In this document: piece after piece, positions 62,107-64,000 of the stretch
How positions within the stretch are numbered: the stretch's first letter is position 1
Layout of the letters: each line of letters starts with the position of its first letter
Source: Gammaproteobacteria bacterium
GTDB taxonomy: Bacteria; Pseudomonadota; Gammaproteobacteria; CAJXQU01
DNA: 64,000 bases
NCBI GenBank assembly: GCA_965238175.1
Contig: CBDEGZ010000003.1
Span: 1,184,001-1,248,000, forward strand
Direction of reading: 5' to 3'
The notes under the pieces: model-generated
Database searches by the model: none
What the model was told of the DNA's origin: nothing
Seen by the model: only the letters and a program-made list of their open reading frames with translations
Made by a program: the position numbers and the translations under genes

Positions 62107-62154
62107 ATGTTTTACAAAATCTGACAGAAAGTCAGAATCTATAGAAGCTGAAAT

Positions 62155-63036
62155 TTACCAACCGCCTTTGTTTGCAATCATTTCTTTACAAATAGCGTAT
62201 ATTTCCATCGCATCAAAGACTTGATCGTGTGCTTCGAATAGTTTTTCTATACAACGTTTGTGTAGTGCTAGTTTTAATGTACCAACACCAATTGCTCCCC
62301 AGACTAGTTTGCCGTGATATAACTTACCTTTATCCATCATATCAATGCCACCGAAACCCAAGGGAGGCGTTGCGTTTGCATCAGATATCATTTGAATTGT
62401 TGGATTTAATCTCCATGCATCTTCTGATAACAGCTCTATACCTGCTGCGCCGCAGGCTAAAACAATCTGTGCACCCTCAAGTGCTTTTGCGGTTGATTCT
62501 TCATCTGAAGCTGCGGCTGCAGTCATTTCTACACCAAAGCTCTCATTCATGTCATCACAAGCCTGTTGAGCTCTTTCAAGATTCCGAGAAGTTAAGACGA
62601 CATTTGCGCCTTCTTTAGCCAACATTACACCAGCTCTTTGTCCTACAGGTCCTGTTCCAGCTAAAACAACAGCATGTTTGGCTTTTAGATTATTTGAGGA
62701 GTGTTCGAGTAAGGCAACCATGGCGGCAGCTGTTGTGTTTGAACCATTACTGTCAAGCATCATAGAAACACGAAAATCACCAAAGAAGTTTTTTGGGATG
62801 GTTTTAAAAAGCGCTTCACCAGCAACCATATTGCTACCACTTACAAAGATTGCAGTATGCTTTTTCTCTTTTGGAGGGCGTGTAAAGATGGTTCCTTCTA
62901 CAAGAGGTGTGACGTTTTCTGGTGTGACACCACCATAGCCTTTGACATGATCAGCACCGCCATCATAAGCAACAACCGTGTCGAAAACGCTTGGCATTGG
63001 ATCGGTATCAAAATGGAATAGTAGATTTTTAGGCAT
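62155..63036 (-). CDS. mtdA: NADP-dependent methylene-H4MPT/H4F dehydrogenase
   Basis: LLFHFDTDPMPSVFDTVVAYDGGAD, TIFTR, VSMMLDSNGSNTTAAA, GTGPVGQR, DANATPPLG, matching Methylorubrum MtdA as recalled. Confidence 0.9.
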   Translation of the reverse strand: MPKNLLFHFDTDPMPSVFDTVVAYDGGADHVKGYGGVTPENVTPLVEGTIFTRPPKEKKHTAIFVSGSNMVAGEALFKTIPKNFFGDFRVSMMLDSNGSNTTAAAMVALLEHSSNNLKAKHAVVLAGTGPVGQRAGVMLAKEGANVVLTSRNLERAQQACDDMNESFGVEMTAAAASDEESTAKALEGAQIVLACGAAGIELLSEDAWRLNPTIQMISDANATPPLGFGGIDMMDKGKLYHGKLVWGAIGVGTLKLALHKRCIEKLFEAHDQVFDAMEIYAICKEMIANKGGW

Positions 63037-63283
63037 TGTTGTTTCCTCACTGAGTAATGTTTTTTTAATTTTTAGAGATAAATCTGATCAGAAGTGTTTT
63101 ATATAGATTCTTAAAATGTGGCTATAAAAACCTAAACCCAGAGATATATCCAGAGAGACGCGCAAGCGTTAAATTTAACCTATCACGGCTTTTTGAACAA
63201 GTCAGATTAGACCGTGTGAGCCGACTCCCTTATAATCGCGTCTTAAATTATTATAAAAAAGTGGTGTGGAGGAACATCGGCTA

Positions 63284-63907
63284 ATGGTAAAAAATCAACC
63301 AATACAAGAATTTCTCGATCAATTAGCGAGCAGTGCTCCAACCCCTGGTGGTGGTGGTGCAGCGGCAATGATGGGAGCGTTAGGTGCGGCGCTGACCAGC
63401 ATGGTGTGTAACTTAACGATCGGAAAAGAAAAATATAAAGATGTTGAAGACGACATGCAGGAAACGCTAAAACAAGCGGAAGATCTACGTGCTCGATTGA
63501 CTGATATGATCGCAGCAGATGTGGAAGTTTTTGATAAATTGATGGGTTCTTACGGATTACCAAAAGAAACTGACGATGAAAAAGCAGCAAGAAGTGAAGC
63601 AATCCAAGTTGCATTACGGGAAGCGACAGACGTGCCACTTGAATGTGCACGAGCTTGTGCGGATGTGATTGCAGTTAGCCGTTCTGCTGCTGAAAAAGGC
63701 AACACAAATGTAATCAGTGATGCAGGCGTTTCAGTAATGGCAGCTTACGGTGCACTTAAAAGTGCGGCATTAAATGTTTATATCAATGCAGGTAGCATTA
63801 AAGATAAAGAATTTGCTGATCAGAGATTAGCGGATTTGGAAAAACTGTTAGCGAATGCTGAGAAAGATACCAATGAAATTTACGAGATTGTGAAAGGCAA
63901 GCTTTGA
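63284..63907 (+). CDS. fchA: Methenyltetrahydrofolate cyclohydrolase Fch (FTCD C-terminal family)
   Basis: FLDQLASSAPTPGGGGAAA, MVCNLTIGK, GNTNVISDAGV, LNVYIN; divergent from mtdA; ATG 63284. Confidence 0.9.
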   Translation: MVKNQPIQEFLDQLASSAPTPGGGGAAAMMGALGAALTSMVCNLTIGKEKYKDVEDDMQETLKQAEDLRARLTDMIAADVEVFDKLMGSYGLPKETDDEKAARSEAIQVALREATDVPLECARACADVIAVSRSAAEKGNTNVISDAGVSVMAAYGALKSAALNVYINAGSIKDKEFADQRLADLEKLLANAEKDTNEIYEIVKGKL

Positions 63908-64000
63908 TTGTAAGGAATATTCCTCTATATCTTAGGGGAATGTTCCTGTTTTATTCACTCAGTCAGCTTCTGTATATTGAAGGCGTTTCTGAACTAAATC

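Noticed and set aside
1-64000. tRNA, rRNA or prophage genes
   Set aside because: None were recognised by eye; a tRNAscan/Infernal run would be needed to exclude small RNAs.

Overview
AT-rich chromosomal segment from a gammaproteobacterium, probably C1-metabolising (mtdA and fchA at the right end). The housekeeping backbone comprises acnB, mlaA, dxs, ssb-MFS-uvrA, ispH, thiO, recJ, yhdP-rng, glcD and ribF-ileS-lspA. It is interrupted by four kinds of accessory DNA. (1) Five PEP-CTERM-type surface-protein genes in two apparent regulatory classes: two VPVPA genes behind sigma54-like promoters, and three tandem VSEP paralogs with GGA-hairpin leaders. (2) A type I restriction-modification operon with an embedded RhuM-Fic/Doc gene and a Cys-rich HsdR insert. 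(3) A Sel1-SPOR / unknown / small-GTPase operon. (4) Layered mobile DNA clustered at the PEP-CTERM loci: IS481, two apparently identical IS1111-group IS110 elements, IS982 and IS5 remnants, a MITE, and ERIC-like and REP repeats. Two observations stand out. The IS1111 right non-coding end contains readable target and donor guide segments of a bridge/seek RNA that match a MITE terminal repeat, and both copies sit in that motif. One PEP-CTERM gene has a (CAAAACA)6 tract right after its start codon, which looks like a phase-variable ON/OFF switch. All calls come from reading the sequence and recalling family motifs; no database searches were run.
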